Shown piece after piece: positions 47,006 to 57,103 of a DNA stretch of 64,000 nt. How positions within the stretch are numbered: the stretch's first letter is position 1; the number at the start of each line of letters is the position of its first letter. The position numbers and the translations under genes are program-made. The notes under the pieces were generated by a model. It made no database searches. It worked only from the letters and a program-made list of their open reading frames with translations, and had not been told where the DNA came from. This DNA is from Sphingomonadales bacterium (GTDB lineage Bacteria; Pseudomonadota; Alphaproteobacteria; Sphingomonadales; Sphingomonadaceae), in NCBI GenBank assembly GCA_038210595.1, contig JBBQWN010000005.1, positions 31,862 to 95,861 on the forward strand, read 5' to 3'.

Positions 47006-47153
47006 TACGTCCCTCCCACCAACCCCGTGGCCGACAATGCACGGCACCGGGCGGCGGTCCAAACCAAAAAATTGTCGCGCATCCCCTGTTGCGTTCGCGT
47101 AACACACCTATCTACCGCTGGCCGAAGACCGGCCCCGTTTGGAGACCCGACGC

Positions 47154-47747
47154 ATGACGACCCGTTTCCTCACCCGTATCGCGCTGCCGCTCGCGGCCGT
47201 CGCCACCCTGTCCGGGTGCGGCGTCAACACGATCCCCGCGAAGGAAGAAACCGCCAAGGCGCGCTGGGCCGATGTCGAGAGCGCCTATCAGCGCCGCGCC
47301 GACCTGATCCCCAATTTGGTCGCGACCGTGAAGGGCTATGCCAAGCAGGAGAAGGACGTGCTGGTCGAAGTGACCAACGCCCGCGCCCGCGCCACCTCGA
47401 TCACCGTCGACCCGTCGAAGCTGTCCGATCCCGCCGCCGTCGCGCAGTTCGACCAGGCGCAGACCGCGCTGTCGGGCTCGCTCGGCCGTCTGCTGGTCAG
47501 TGTCGAGAAGTATCCGGATCTCAAGTCGAACGAGCAGTTCCTCAACCTGCAGTCGCAGATCGAGGGCACCGAGAACCGCATCAACGTCACCCGCAAGGAC
47601 TATAACGAGGCGGTGCGCGACTATAACACCGAGATCCGCACCTTCCCGAGTGTCATCGGCGCCAAGGTCATCTACGGTGCCAAGCCGCTGCAGCCGTTCA
47701 AGGCGACCAGCGCCGGTGCCGCCAACGCGCCGACGGTGACGTTCTAG
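47154..47747 (+). CDS. lemA: LemA family protein (lipoprotein/TM-anchored)
   Basis: MTTRFLTRIALPLAAVATLSGC...AKARWADVESAYQRRADLIPNLV.TVKGYA.QEKDVL..VT.AR is the LemA signature. GGAG lies 10 nt upstream of ATG 47154. Confidence 0.9.
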   Translation: MTTRFLTRIALPLAAVATLSGCGVNTIPAKEETAKARWADVESAYQRRADLIPNLVATVKGYAKQEKDVLVEVTNARARATSITVDPSKLSDPAAVAQFDQAQTALSGSLGRLLVSVEKYPDLKSNEQFLNLQSQIEGTENRINVTRKDYNEAVRDYNTEIRTFPSVIGAKVIYGAKPLQPFKATSAGAANAPTVTF

Positions 47748-47748
47748 G

Positions 47749-48591
47749 ATGAGCCAAGCTCGCCCGTACGCGGGCGGGGTGGCGGCCCCCGGCTTCGGCC
47801 GGGGGTTGGCGCTGCTGCTCGCCCTGTTGCTAGCGCTCCTCACCAGCGTCGCACACGCCGCGCCGACGTTCCCGCCGCTGACCGGCCGCGTCACCGATGC
47901 GGCCGGCGTGCTGCCCGCCGATGTCGCGGCATCGCTTAGCGCAAAGCTAGAGGCACTGGAGACCGCGACCGGCACGCAGCTGGTGGTCGCCACGGTGCCG
48001 TCGCTGCAGGACAACCCGATCGAGGACTACGGCTATCAGCTCGGCCGCGCCTGGAACATCGGCCAGAAGGGCACCAACAACGGCGTCATCCTGCTGGTCG
48101 CGCCGACCGAGCGCAAGGTGCGGATCGAGGTCGGCTACGGGCTCGAGGACCGGCTGACCGACGCGATGAGCGAGACCATCATCCGCAACAACATCATCCC
48201 GAGCTTCAAGGCCGGGGACCTGCCCGGCGGGGTCGTCGCGGGCACCGACGCGCTGATCGCGCAGCTGCAGGCCCCGGCCGATGAGGCGCGCGCCAACCTT
48301 GCCGCCGCCGCCGCGCAGCCGCGCGCCAAGCAACGCTCCGGCGGTCCCGGCTTCGGCGCCTTCGTGTGGCTGGCGATCATCGGATTATGGCTGTTCTTCT
48401 CGGTGTTCCGGGGCTCGCGCGGCCGGCGCTCCTCCGGCGTCGGCGAGGCGATCTTGTGGGGTGTCGCCAGCGGCATGTTCAACAACCGCGGCGGTGGTGG
48501 CGGCGGCTGGGGCGGTGGCGGCGGCGGCGGCGGCGGCTTTTCGGGCGGCGGCGGGTCGTTCGGCGGCGGCGGCGCGAGCGGCGGCTGGTAA
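47749..48591 (+). CDS. TPM-domain protein (YgcG-like) with a C-terminal TM segment and poly-Gly tail
   Basis: Signal peptide, then PPLTGRVTDAAGVLPADV...TGTQLVVATVPSLQ...GVILLVAPTERKVRIEVGYGLE (TPM/phosphatase-like domain). The tail is GGGGGGWGGGGGGGGFSGGGGSFGGGGASGGW. Confidence 0.8.
   Translation: MSQARPYAGGVAAPGFGRGLALLLALLLALLTSVAHAAPTFPPLTGRVTDAAGVLPADVAASLSAKLEALETATGTQLVVATVPSLQDNPIEDYGYQLGRAWNIGQKGTNNGVILLVAPTERKVRIEVGYGLEDRLTDAMSETIIRNNIIPSFKAGDLPGGVVAGTDALIAQLQAPADEARANLAAAAAQPRAKQRSGGPGFGAFVWLAIIGLWLFFSVFRGSRGRRSSGVGEAILWGVASGMFNNRGGGGGGWGGGGGGGGGFSGGGGSFGGGGASGGW
48487..48588. repeat. Low-complexity (GGC/GGT)n tract encoding the poly-Gly tail
   Basis: About 100 nt composed almost entirely of GGC/GGT/GGG codons, read directly. 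It produces the poly-Pro shadow ORF on the opposite strand. Confidence 0.9.
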
Positions 48592-49268
48592 TGGCGTTCA
48601 CCGACACCGACCGCGCCCGTATCGCCGACGCCATCGCCGCGGCGGAGCTGAACACCACCGGCGAGATCGTCTGCATCGTCAACGAGCACCCGCACCGTTA
48701 TGCCGCGACCGGGCTGACCGTCGCTGCGCTGGCGGCGTTCGTGGTGCCGTTCGCGGCGGTCTACGCGGGCCTCGACTTCGCCGCGCTGACGCCGTGGCGG
48801 AGCTGGACCGGCAGCGGCTTCGCTGCCGACCTGCGCGGCGGCATCGAGGCCTATGCACTGGTCCAGGTTGTGGTCTTCGCCGTGGTCGCGGCGCTGGGCG
48901 TGTGGACCGGGCTGGGCGCGGCGCTGACGCCCAGGGGCCTGAAGCGCGACCGTGTGCACGCCGAGGCGCTGAGCCAGTTCCGGGCACGCGGCATGGGGCG
49001 GACGCGGGCCGCCACCGGCGTGCTGATCTATGTCGCCACCGCCGACCGCATCGCCGAGGTCGTCGCCGACGCCGGCATCTACGAGAAGGTCGCACCGGAG
49101 CACTGGGCGACAACGGTCGCCGCGCTGATCGCCGGCATCAAGGCCGGCGACACGGCGCGCGGCTTCGTCGATGCGGTCGGGCTGGCGGGCACGGTGCTGG
49201 CCGAGCATTTTCCGCCGGTTATCGACGACAATCCCAACGAACTGCCGGACCGCCTGATCGAGCTCTGA
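48591..49268 (+). CDS. TPM-domain membrane protein (second TPM gene of the LemA module)
   Basis: TAATG overlap with the previous gene. MAFTDTDRARIADAIAAAELNTTGEIVCIV..., two TM helices, then ATGVLIYVATADRIAEVVADAGI (TPM core). Confidence 0.75.
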   Translation: MAFTDTDRARIADAIAAAELNTTGEIVCIVNEHPHRYAATGLTVAALAAFVVPFAAVYAGLDFAALTPWRSWTGSGFAADLRGGIEAYALVQVVVFAVVAALGVWTGLGAALTPRGLKRDRVHAEALSQFRARGMGRTRAATGVLIYVATADRIAEVVADAGIYEKVAPEHWATTVAALIAGIKAGDTARGFVDAVGLAGTVLAEHFPPVIDDNPNELPDRLIEL

Positions 49269-49351
49269 CGCCGCAGTGCGGAACCGAATCGGGGAGTCCC
49301 CGGTTTCTCCAGCATGAACGGGCCGCCAGGCCGCGGGCGAGAGAGACCGAG

Positions 49352-50272
49352 ATGCTGACCCCCTTTACGGCGCGCACGCCGCTGCGTGCGCCGACCGACG
49401 AACGTCGCGACAACGCCTTTCAGGAGGCACTGACCCGGTTCAACCGCGAGCGGCTGGCCACGGCGATGCCGTGCGGCGACTGGGAGGCGACGCTTGCCGC
49501 AGAGACTGCGATGCGCCTGGCCGAAGGCCGCTGGATCGAGACCGAGCGCCGCGCCGTCGCCGAGCGCGCCGCCGCCGCGCCGGCGGATCCGCAAGGCTTC
49601 GTGGCGTGGTTCGAGGCGCTGCTCGAAGGCGGACCGGGCCAGGGCGACCCGCTGTTCCCGTGGCTCGCCGATCACGCCACGCTGGCCGAACTCAGCTGGT
49701 ATCTGGAGCAGGAGGTCGCCGGCGAGGCGGGCTTCGACGATCTCGTCGCGCTGACCCAGGTCAAGCTGCCGGACCGTGCGAAGATGGAGCTGGCGCGCAA
49801 CTACTGGGACGAGATGGGGCGCGGCAATATGGCCGGGATGCACGGCCCGATGCTGGGCGCGCTCGCCGACAAGCTGGGCCTGAAACCGACGATCGAGACG
49901 ACGGTCGCCGAGAGCCTGGCTCTGGCCAACACGATGGTCGCGTTCGCCACGTCGCGCCGCTACGTCTGGCACTCGGTCGGCGCGCTCGGGGTCATCGAGC
50001 TGACCGCCCCGGCGCGTTCGGCGGCTGTCGCGGCGGGACTGCGGCGGCTGGGCTATAGCGACAAGGACCGCCGCTATTTCGATCTCCACGCCGTGCTCGA
50101 CGTCAAGCACTCGGCCGAGTGGAACAAGGAGGCGATTCTGCCGATCATGGCCGAGTTTCCCGATGCCGGGCGCTACATGGCAGAGGGCGCGCTGATGCGG
50201 CTGGAGTGCGGCGCGCGCTGCTTTGCGCGCTATCGTGCGGAGCTGTGGGGCGAAAAGCGGGTGGCGGCCTGA
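49352..50272 (+). CDS. Heme-oxygenase-like 'iron-containing redox enzyme' family protein (CADD/PqqC/TenA-like fold)
   Basis: 306 aa after ATG 49352 (the upstream part of the track ORF is shadow frame). ELARNYWDEMGRGNMAGMHGPML and FDLHAVLDVKHSAEW resemble the E-x-x-H metal-ligand helices of this family. Confidence 0.65.
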   Translation: MLTPFTARTPLRAPTDERRDNAFQEALTRFNRERLATAMPCGDWEATLAAETAMRLAEGRWIETERRAVAERAAAAPADPQGFVAWFEALLEGGPGQGDPLFPWLADHATLAELSWYLEQEVAGEAGFDDLVALTQVKLPDRAKMELARNYWDEMGRGNMAGMHGPMLGALADKLGLKPTIETTVAESLALANTMVAFATSRRYVWHSVGALGVIELTAPARSAAVAAGLRRLGYSDKDRRYFDLHAVLDVKHSAEWNKEAILPIMAEFPDAGRYMAEGALMRLECGARCFARYRAELWGEKRVAA

Positions 50273-50408
50273 TTAGTGTAGGACGGTCGGCAAAGCCGCC
50301 GCTGGCGTCGGACGAGTTCGCTTCGCGCCTCGCCGGCCGGTCGCGGCGCGAGCCTCGCCCTAGCTAACATCTGCTGCGCGGCTGCTTCGCTAGGGATAGC
50401 CGCGCTCG

Positions 50409-51665
<1,257 letters not shown>

Positions 51666-51781
51666 GTAAGTCTCTGAGATAGTGGTCCGGCGCTGTCGCT
51701 GAGCGAATTGCGATGGCGGACGGTGAGCGGCCCGTCAGGATGACGGTGCTGATGCCGACGTAGGTGCGCCGCGGGGTGCCG

Positions 51782-52231
51782 TCAAGCGGCGAACGGCTTC
51801 ACGATTGCCAGAATGACGATCAGGATCGTCGCCAGCGCCGGCACCTCGTTCAGCAGGCGCAGGGTCTTTTCGGCATAGGGCCGCTCGCCGCGCGCAAATT
51901 TCTTCGCCGTGCCCGCCAACCAGCCGTGATAGCCCGACAAAAAGACCACCAGCGTGATCTTCAGGTGCAGCCAGCCCGCGCCCGCGAAACCGTAGCTCGT
52001 CGCCACCATCAGCCCGAGCACCCATACCAGCACCAGCCCCGGATTGACGATGATCCGCAGGATCCGCCGGTTGCGCTCGTTCCACAGCGCATCCTCCGCC
52101 GAGCCGACGGGTGCAGCCATCTGATAGACCAGGAAGCGGGGCAGCATGAACAGACCCGCCATCCAGAAGATCACCGCGATTACGTGGAACGCCTTGACCC
52201 AGTCGTAGGCGCCGCCGAGCCAGCCGGTCAT
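51782..52231 (-). CDS. hemJ: Protoporphyrinogen IX oxidase HemJ-type membrane protein
   Basis: 149 aa, 4 TM. WVKAFHVIAVIFWMAGLFMLPRFLVY is the HemJ/UPF0093 signature. ATGA overlap with hemE. Confidence 0.8.
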   Translation of the reverse strand: MTGWLGGAYDWVKAFHVIAVIFWMAGLFMLPRFLVYQMAAPVGSAEDALWNERNRRILRIIVNPGLVLVWVLGLMVATSYGFAGAGWLHLKITLVVFLSGYHGWLAGTAKKFARGERPYAEKTLRLLNEVPALATILIVILAIVKPFAA

Positions 52232-53259
52232 CCCCGCACGATCCCGATCAATTCCTCGACATGCGCGATCGGCGTGTCCTGCAGGATGCCGTGGCCGAGG
52301 TTCATGATGTGCGGCCGCTCCTCGAACGCTGCCCGGATACGGGTCACACTCGACTTCAGCGCCTCGCCGCCGGCGATCAGCGCTAGGGGATCGAGATTGC
52401 CCTGGACCGGCATGCCGGGCGGCAGCATCGCGTCCGCCCAGGCCGGATCGATCGTCTCGTCCAGCCCGACCGCATCGATGCCGGTTTCGGCCGCATAGGC
52501 CGCGAGCTTGGCCCCGGCGCCCTTGGGGAAGCCGATCACCGGAATATCGCCGTGCCGGACCATCAGGCGGCCGACGATATCGGCGGTCGGCGCGATCACC
52601 CAGCGTTCGAACTGCGCCGGCGACAGGCTGCCCGACCAGCTGTCGAACAACTGCACCGCCTGCGCCCCCGCCGCGATCTGGCCCGACAGATAATCGACTG
52701 TGGTGTGGACGATGCGGTCGATCAGCGCCTGAAATGCGCCCGGATCGCGGTAGGCCAGCCGCCGTGCCGCCTCATGGTCTTTGGAGCCCTGACCCGCGAC
52801 CATATAGGTGGCGACGGTCCAGGGGGACCCGGCGAACCCCAGCATCGCGACTTCGGGGCTGAGCTCGGCGCGCACGCGGCGGACCGTCTCGTAGATCGGC
52901 AGGAAGCGTTCCGGCGCGGCATCCAGCGCATCGAACGCCCCGTCGAGCAGCGCCGGGGTCAGCCGCGGCCCCTCGCCCGGCCCGAAGGTCAGGTCCTGGC
53001 CCAGCGCGTGCGGCACGATCAGGATATCGGAAAACAGGATTGCGCCGTCGAGGCCGAAGCGGCGGATGGGCTGGAGCGTGATCTCGGCCGCCGCCTCGCT
53101 GTCATAGACCAGGGCCAGAAAGCCGCCCTTGGCCTCCCTGAGCGCGCGATACTCGGGCAGGTAACGCCCGGCCTGACGCATCAGCCACAGCGGCGGCGTG
53201 TCGAGACGTTCGCCCCCGAGCACGGTGAGGATCGGGGCGGGGCTGGGCGTGGTGATCAT
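52228..53259 (-). CDS. hemE: Uroporphyrinogen decarboxylase
   Basis: 343 aa from the ATG (complement of 53257-53259). PPLWLMRQAGRYLPEYR is the diagnostic HemE motif. The track ORF (to 54282) continues upstream through non-coding DNA and antisense to the next gene. Confidence 0.95.
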   Translation of the reverse strand: MITTPSPAPILTVLGGERLDTPPLWLMRQAGRYLPEYRALREAKGGFLALVYDSEAAAEITLQPIRRFGLDGAILFSDILIVPHALGQDLTFGPGEGPRLTPALLDGAFDALDAAPERFLPIYETVRRVRAELSPEVAMLGFAGSPWTVATYMVAGQGSKDHEAARRLAYRDPGAFQALIDRIVHTTVDYLSGQIAAGAQAVQLFDSWSGSLSPAQFERWVIAPTADIVGRLMVRHGDIPVIGFPKGAGAKLAAYAAETGIDAVGLDETIDPAWADAMLPPGMPVQGNLDPLALIAGGEALKSSVTRIRAAFEERPHIMNLGHGILQDTPIAHVEELIGIVRG

Positions 53260-53559
53260 GTCAGCCGTCAATGCCGCCTGCACCACTGCCTTGCAAAGAA
53301 TCTTTAGAAAGAGATGAGATGGTAATGGTGCGGTGGGTCGCGGGGATAAGTCGGGTGTCCCGCACGCATCCACAGCTGCGAACCCGTCCGGCCTTTGGAA
53401 ACGGCGCGAGTCGCCGGGGTTGTCCCCGCTGTCCACAGGGCTGCCTGTGGATTCGCGGGTGATGTTGAGCGTGAAGCCGAAGCCGCCCGGTTTTGCTGCC
53501 TTGCCCGATTCCGCGCCCGCCACTAACCCTCTGGCGACTGCTTCTCCACAGGCTTTGCC
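53260..53559. other. Candidate chromosomal replication origin (oriC) in the hemE / DUF299 divergent intergenic region
   Basis: Four TCCACA-core DnaA-box-like 9-mers: GCATCCACA 53366-53374, CTGTCCACA 53429-53437, TGTGGATTC 53446-53454 (reverse), and TTCTCCACA 53542-53550 (8/9 to TTATCCACA). Two TTRTCCCCG copies lie in opposite orientation (53341-53349 reverse, 53420-53428). A 40-nt AT-rich patch at 53291-53330 has 14 G/C of 40. Flanking synteny (hemE on one side, DUF299-maf-aroE-coaE-dnaQ on the other) matches that described for the Caulobacter and Rickettsia origins. Confidence 0.6.
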
Positions 53560-54393
53560 GTGACCCGCCTCCACCTCCACCTGGTTTCCGATTCGACTGG
53601 CGAAACGCTTGAATCGGTTGCCAAGGCGGGCCTCGCGCGGTTCGAGGGCGTCGAGGCGGTCAAGCATTTCTGGCCGATGGTGCGTAGCGAAGGCCATCTC
53701 GACCGCGTGTTCGAGGATATCGCCCGGCGGCCCGGGCTGGTGCTCTACACTTTGGTCGCCGGGCCGGTGCGCAACCGGCTGGAAACCCGCTGTGCTGCAA
53801 TGGGCCTGCCGATGGTGTCGGCGCTCGACCCGACGATCGAGGCCCTGTCCGAACTGCTCGGCCAGTCGGCGACGACCCGGCCCGGCCGCCAGCATGTCAT
53901 GGACGCCGCCTATTTCCGCCGGGTCGATGCGATCAACTACACGATGGTCCACGACGACGGGCAGCAGTCCGAGAACTGGGAGGAGGCCGACATCGTGCTG
54001 GCGGGCGTGTCGCGCAGCAGCAAGACGCCGACCGCGATCTATCTCGCCAACCGCGGCTACAAGACTGCCAACATGCCAGTGGTGCCGCAGTCGCCGCCGC
54101 CGGCCGCGCTGTTCACTTTGCGCCGGCCGCTGGTCGTCGGGCTGACCACCAGCCCGGAGCGGCTGGTGGCGATCCGCCGCAACCGCCTGCTGACGATGGG
54201 GCAGACTGCCGACACCGACTATGTCGAGCTCGACCGGGTCGCGGCCGAAGTGGCTTTCGCGCGCCGGCTTTTCGCCGACCACGACATTCCGGTGATCGAC
54301 GTGACTCGCCGCTCGATCGAGGAATCGGCGGCCGCGATCATCAACCTGGTGCAGGCGCGCGATGTCGCCCGCGGCGTCGACACGCTGCTGTGA
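53560..54393 (+). CDS. Bifunctional kinase/pyrophosphorylase regulator (PpsR/PDRP, DUF299; RP001-like)
   Basis: GTG start. HLHLVSDSTGETLE... and P-loop GVSRSSKTPT are the DUF299 signatures. Confidence 0.88.
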   Translation: MTRLHLHLVSDSTGETLESVAKAGLARFEGVEAVKHFWPMVRSEGHLDRVFEDIARRPGLVLYTLVAGPVRNRLETRCAAMGLPMVSALDPTIEALSELLGQSATTRPGRQHVMDAAYFRRVDAINYTMVHDDGQQSENWEEADIVLAGVSRSSKTPTAIYLANRGYKTANMPVVPQSPPPAALFTLRRPLVVGLTTSPERLVAIRRNRLLTMGQTADTDYVELDRVAAEVAFARRLFADHDIPVIDVTRRSIEESAAAIINLVQARDVARGVDTLL

Positions 54394-54986
54394 CGCTGGT
54401 GCTCGCCTCGACTAGCGCCAGCCGCCAGGCGATGCTGCGCGCCGCGCAGGTGCCGTTCGAGGCGGTCGCGCCGAACGTCGACGAGAGAGAGATCAAGGCA
54501 TCGATGGTCGCCGCCGGCGCGGGTGCGCGCGAGGTTGCCGACGCGCTCGCCGAGCTGAAGGCGTGCAAGGTGTCGCGGCGGCTGCCCGGCGCGCTGGTGC
54601 TCGGGTCCGACCAGATCCTCGAATGCGATAACGGCACCCTGCTCGACAAGCCCGAGGGGCGGGACGGGGCGGCGGCGCATCTGCGCCGCTTGATGGGCCG
54701 CGACCACCGGCTGGTCTGCGGCGCGGTGATCGCGCTGGACGGGCAGCCGGTGTGGCGGGTGGTCGATACCGCGCGCCTGTCGATGCGGACGCTCAGCGAC
54801 GCGTTCATCGCCGCCTATCTCGACCTGGAGGGCGAGGCGGTGCTTAGCTCGGTCGGGGCTTACCGGATCGAGGGGCCGGGTGCGCAGCTGTTCACGCGCA
54901 TCGACGGCGATCATTTCACGGTCATGGGCCTGCCGCTGCTGCCGGTGCTCGACTATCTGAGGGTGCGCGGGGTGATCGCGTCGTGA
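54390..54986 (+). CDS. maf: Maf-like nucleoside triphosphate pyrophosphatase
   Basis: GTGA overlap with the previous gene. LVLASTSASRQAML...LGSDQI...AYRIEG.GAQLF..I.GD...VMGLPL is the Maf family pattern. Confidence 0.88.
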   Translation: MTLVLASTSASRQAMLRAAQVPFEAVAPNVDEREIKASMVAAGAGAREVADALAELKACKVSRRLPGALVLGSDQILECDNGTLLDKPEGRDGAAAHLRRLMGRDHRLVCGAVIALDGQPVWRVVDTARLSMRTLSDAFIAAYLDLEGEAVLSSVGAYRIEGPGAQLFTRIDGDHFTVMGLPLLPVLDYLRVRGVIAS

Positions 54987-55789
54987 GGCCGTTTGCCGAA
55001 GTCATCGGCGACCCGATCGCGCAGTCGAAGTCGCCCGCCATCCACGGCTTCTGGCTGGCGCGGCGGGGCATCGACGCGGACTACCGCGCCACCCACGTTA
55101 CCCCCGACCGGCTGGCGGCGCACATGGCGGCGCGGGCCGCCGATCCGCTGTGGCGCGGCAGCAATGTCACCATCCCCCACAAGCTGGCGGTGATCGATCA
55201 TGTCGGCGATCCCGGCGGGGTGCGCGCCAGCATCGGCGCAATGAACACGGTGTTCCGCCAGGACGGGCAGGTGATCGGCACCAATACCGACGCGGCGGGC
55301 TTCTATGCGCCCATCGCAGGACTCGATCTGGCGGGCCAGCCGGTGATCGTTGTCGGGGCGGGCGGCGCGGCGCGGGCGGTGCTGTTCGCGCTGGCACGTG
55401 CCGGGGCAGGGCCCGTGACGGTTCTGGCGCGGTCGCCGTTGAAGGCGATGGGCCTGCTCGCGCAATTCGGGCTGAGCGGCGAGGTCAGGCCGATGACGGC
55501 GCGCCTGCCGCCGGCCGCGCTGCTGGTCAACGCCAGCCCGCTCGGCATGACCGGCCAGCCGCCGCTCGAGCTCGACCTGTCGCCGCTGCCAGAGGCGTGC
55601 GTGGTCTATGACATCGTCTATGCGCCGCTGGAGACGCCGCTGCTGGTCCAAGCACGCGCGCACGGCCTCGACACCGTTGACGGCCTCGACATGCTGATCG
55701 GCCAGGCGGCGGTAGCGTTCGAGCTGTTCTTCGGCGTCGCGCCGCCGCGCGAAGCGGACGACGAACTGCGCGCGATGCTGACCGCATGA
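54983..55789 (+). CDS. aroE: Shikimate dehydrogenase
   Basis: [18 protein letters not shown]...GSNVTIPHK...NTDAAGF...[11 protein letters not shown] are AroE motifs. Confidence 0.9.
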   Translation: MRPFAEVIGDPIAQSKSPAIHGFWLARRGIDADYRATHVTPDRLAAHMAARAADPLWRGSNVTIPHKLAVIDHVGDPGGVRASIGAMNTVFRQDGQVIGTNTDAAGFYAPIAGLDLAGQPVIVVGAGGAARAVLFALARAGAGPVTVLARSPLKAMGLLAQFGLSGEVRPMTARLPPAALLVNASPLGMTGQPPLELDLSPLPEACVVYDIVYAPLETPLLVQARAHGLDTVDGLDMLIGQAAVAFELFFGVAPPREADDELRAMLTA

Positions 55790-56397
55790 GCCTGATCATC
55801 GGCCTGACCGGTTCGATCGGCATGGGCAAGTCGACCGTCGCGGCGATGTTCGCGCGGCTGAAGGTGCCGGTGTTCGACGCCGACGCCGCCGTCCATGCGC
55901 TGCAGGGGCCGGGCGGCGCGGCGCTTCCCGCCATCGAGGCGGCGTTTCCGGGCACGACCTCGCCCGCCGGGCTGGACCGCGCCAAGCTCGGCGCGGCGGT
56001 GTTCGGCGATGCGGCGGCGCTGCAGCGGCTGGAGGCGATCATCCACCCGCTGGTCGGCGCGGCGCAGGCCCAGTTCCTGGCGCGTCACCGGCGCCGGCGG
56101 CTGGTGGTGCTCGACATTCCACTGCTGTTCGAAAAGGGCGGCGCGGCCAAGGTCGATGTCACCGTCGTCGTCTCTGCGCCCCCCGAGATCCAGCGCGCCC
56201 GCGTGCTCGCCCGGCCCGGTATGACGCCGGCGAAATTCGCGGCGATCCTCGCCCAGCAGCTGCCCGACGCCGAGAAGCGTGCGCGGGCCGACATCGTCAT
56301 CCCCACCGGCGTCGGCCGCCAGGTGACGCGGCGCGTTGTCGAGCGCATCGTGGCTTGTCTGTCGGCCGCGGAACCGCGATATCGCCGCCATGCGTGA
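55786..56397 (+). CDS. coaE: Dephospho-CoA kinase
   Basis: [14 protein letters not shown]-loop at the N-terminus. [10 protein letters not shown]. Confidence 0.9.
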   Translation: MSLIIGLTGSIGMGKSTVAAMFARLKVPVFDADAAVHALQGPGGAALPAIEAAFPGTTSPAGLDRAKLGAAVFGDAAALQRLEAIIHPLVGAAQAQFLARHRRRRLVVLDIPLLFEKGGAAKVDVTVVVSAPPEIQRARVLARPGMTPAKFAAILAQQLPDAEKRARADIVIPTGVGRQVTRRVVERIVACLSAAEPRYRRHA

Positions 56398-57055
56398 GAT
56401 TGTCTTCGACACCGAAACCACCGGCATCATGCCCGGCGACGGCCACAGGATCGTCGAGATCGGCGCGCTGGAGATGGTCGGCAAGGTCCTGACCGGGCGC
56501 AGTTTCCACACCTATCTCGACCCGTGCCGGGCGATGCCCAAGGACGCGCAGGGCGTGCATGGGCTGAGCAGCGATTTCCTGACCGGCCAGCCGGTGTTCG
56601 AGGCGGTGGTCGACGAGTTCCTGGCGTTCATCGAGGATTCGCCGCTGGTTGCCCATAACGCGGTGTTCGACTTCGGCTTCGTCAATTTCGAGCTGCGCCG
56701 CGCCGGCATGAAGATGCTGCCCGACAGCCGCATGGTCTGTACGCTGGAGATGAGCCGCAAGAAGCATCCGGGTGCCAAGCACACGCTCGATGCGCTGTGC
56801 AACCGCTACGGCGTCGACCTGTCGGCCCGCACCAAGCATGGCGCGCTGCTCGATGCGGAGCTGCTGGCGCGCGTCTATGTCGAGCTGTGCGGGGGCCGGC
56901 AGATCGGTTTCGACCTTGCCGCCGATACCGCCGCCGAGGCCGCGCCGGTCGAACGGGTTGCCCATGTCGCGCGCGCCCATGCGGCATCCGACGCCGAACT
57001 GCTGCGCCACGCCGCGTTCATTGCGACGTTGAAGGACCCCGTCTGGTTGTCCTGA
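56390..57055 (+). CDS. dnaQ: DNA polymerase III epsilon subunit (3'-5' proofreading exonuclease)
   Basis: [13 protein letters not shown] (ExoI), [12 protein letters not shown] (ExoII), and [14 protein letters not shown] (ExoIII). The ATG at 56390 overlaps the coaE end by 8 nt. Confidence 0.92.
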   Translation: MREIVFDTETTGIMPGDGHRIVEIGALEMVGKVLTGRSFHTYLDPCRAMPKDAQGVHGLSSDFLTGQPVFEAVVDEFLAFIEDSPLVAHNAVFDFGFVNFELRRAGMKMLPDSRMVCTLEMSRKKHPGAKHTLDALCNRYGVDLSARTKHGALLDAELLARVYVELCGGRQIGFDLAADTAAEAAPVERVAHVARAHAASDAELLRHAAFIATLKDPVWLS

Positions 57056-57103
57056 CGTTCATTCGGACGCACACTGGTTCGTCCAGAGCATGAGGAGCCG
57101 TAC

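Noticed and set aside
48135-49208. 357-aa minus-strand ORF with a poly-Pro run
   Set aside because: It is the reverse complement of the poly-Gly (GGC)n tail and the TPM genes, so it is an artefact.
50273-50408. Possible repeat element or small gene in the convergent gap between the di-iron enzyme gene and rho
   Set aside because: It contains only short GC stems (CGCGCC...GGCGCG; CCCTAGC-N24-GCTAGGG) compatible with terminators. There is no second copy in the window and no credible ORF.
53260-53559. CtrA-type TTAA-N7-TTAA sites and long 13-mer AT repeats in the putative origin
   Set aside because: I looked for them by eye and found none. The origin call rests on DnaA-like boxes, the AT patch and synteny only.
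53260-54282. Upstream 340 codons of the 684-aa ORF that contains hemE
   Set aside because: HemE homology begins at the ATG at 53259. The remainder runs through the AT-rich intergenic region and antisense to the well-supported DUF299 gene.
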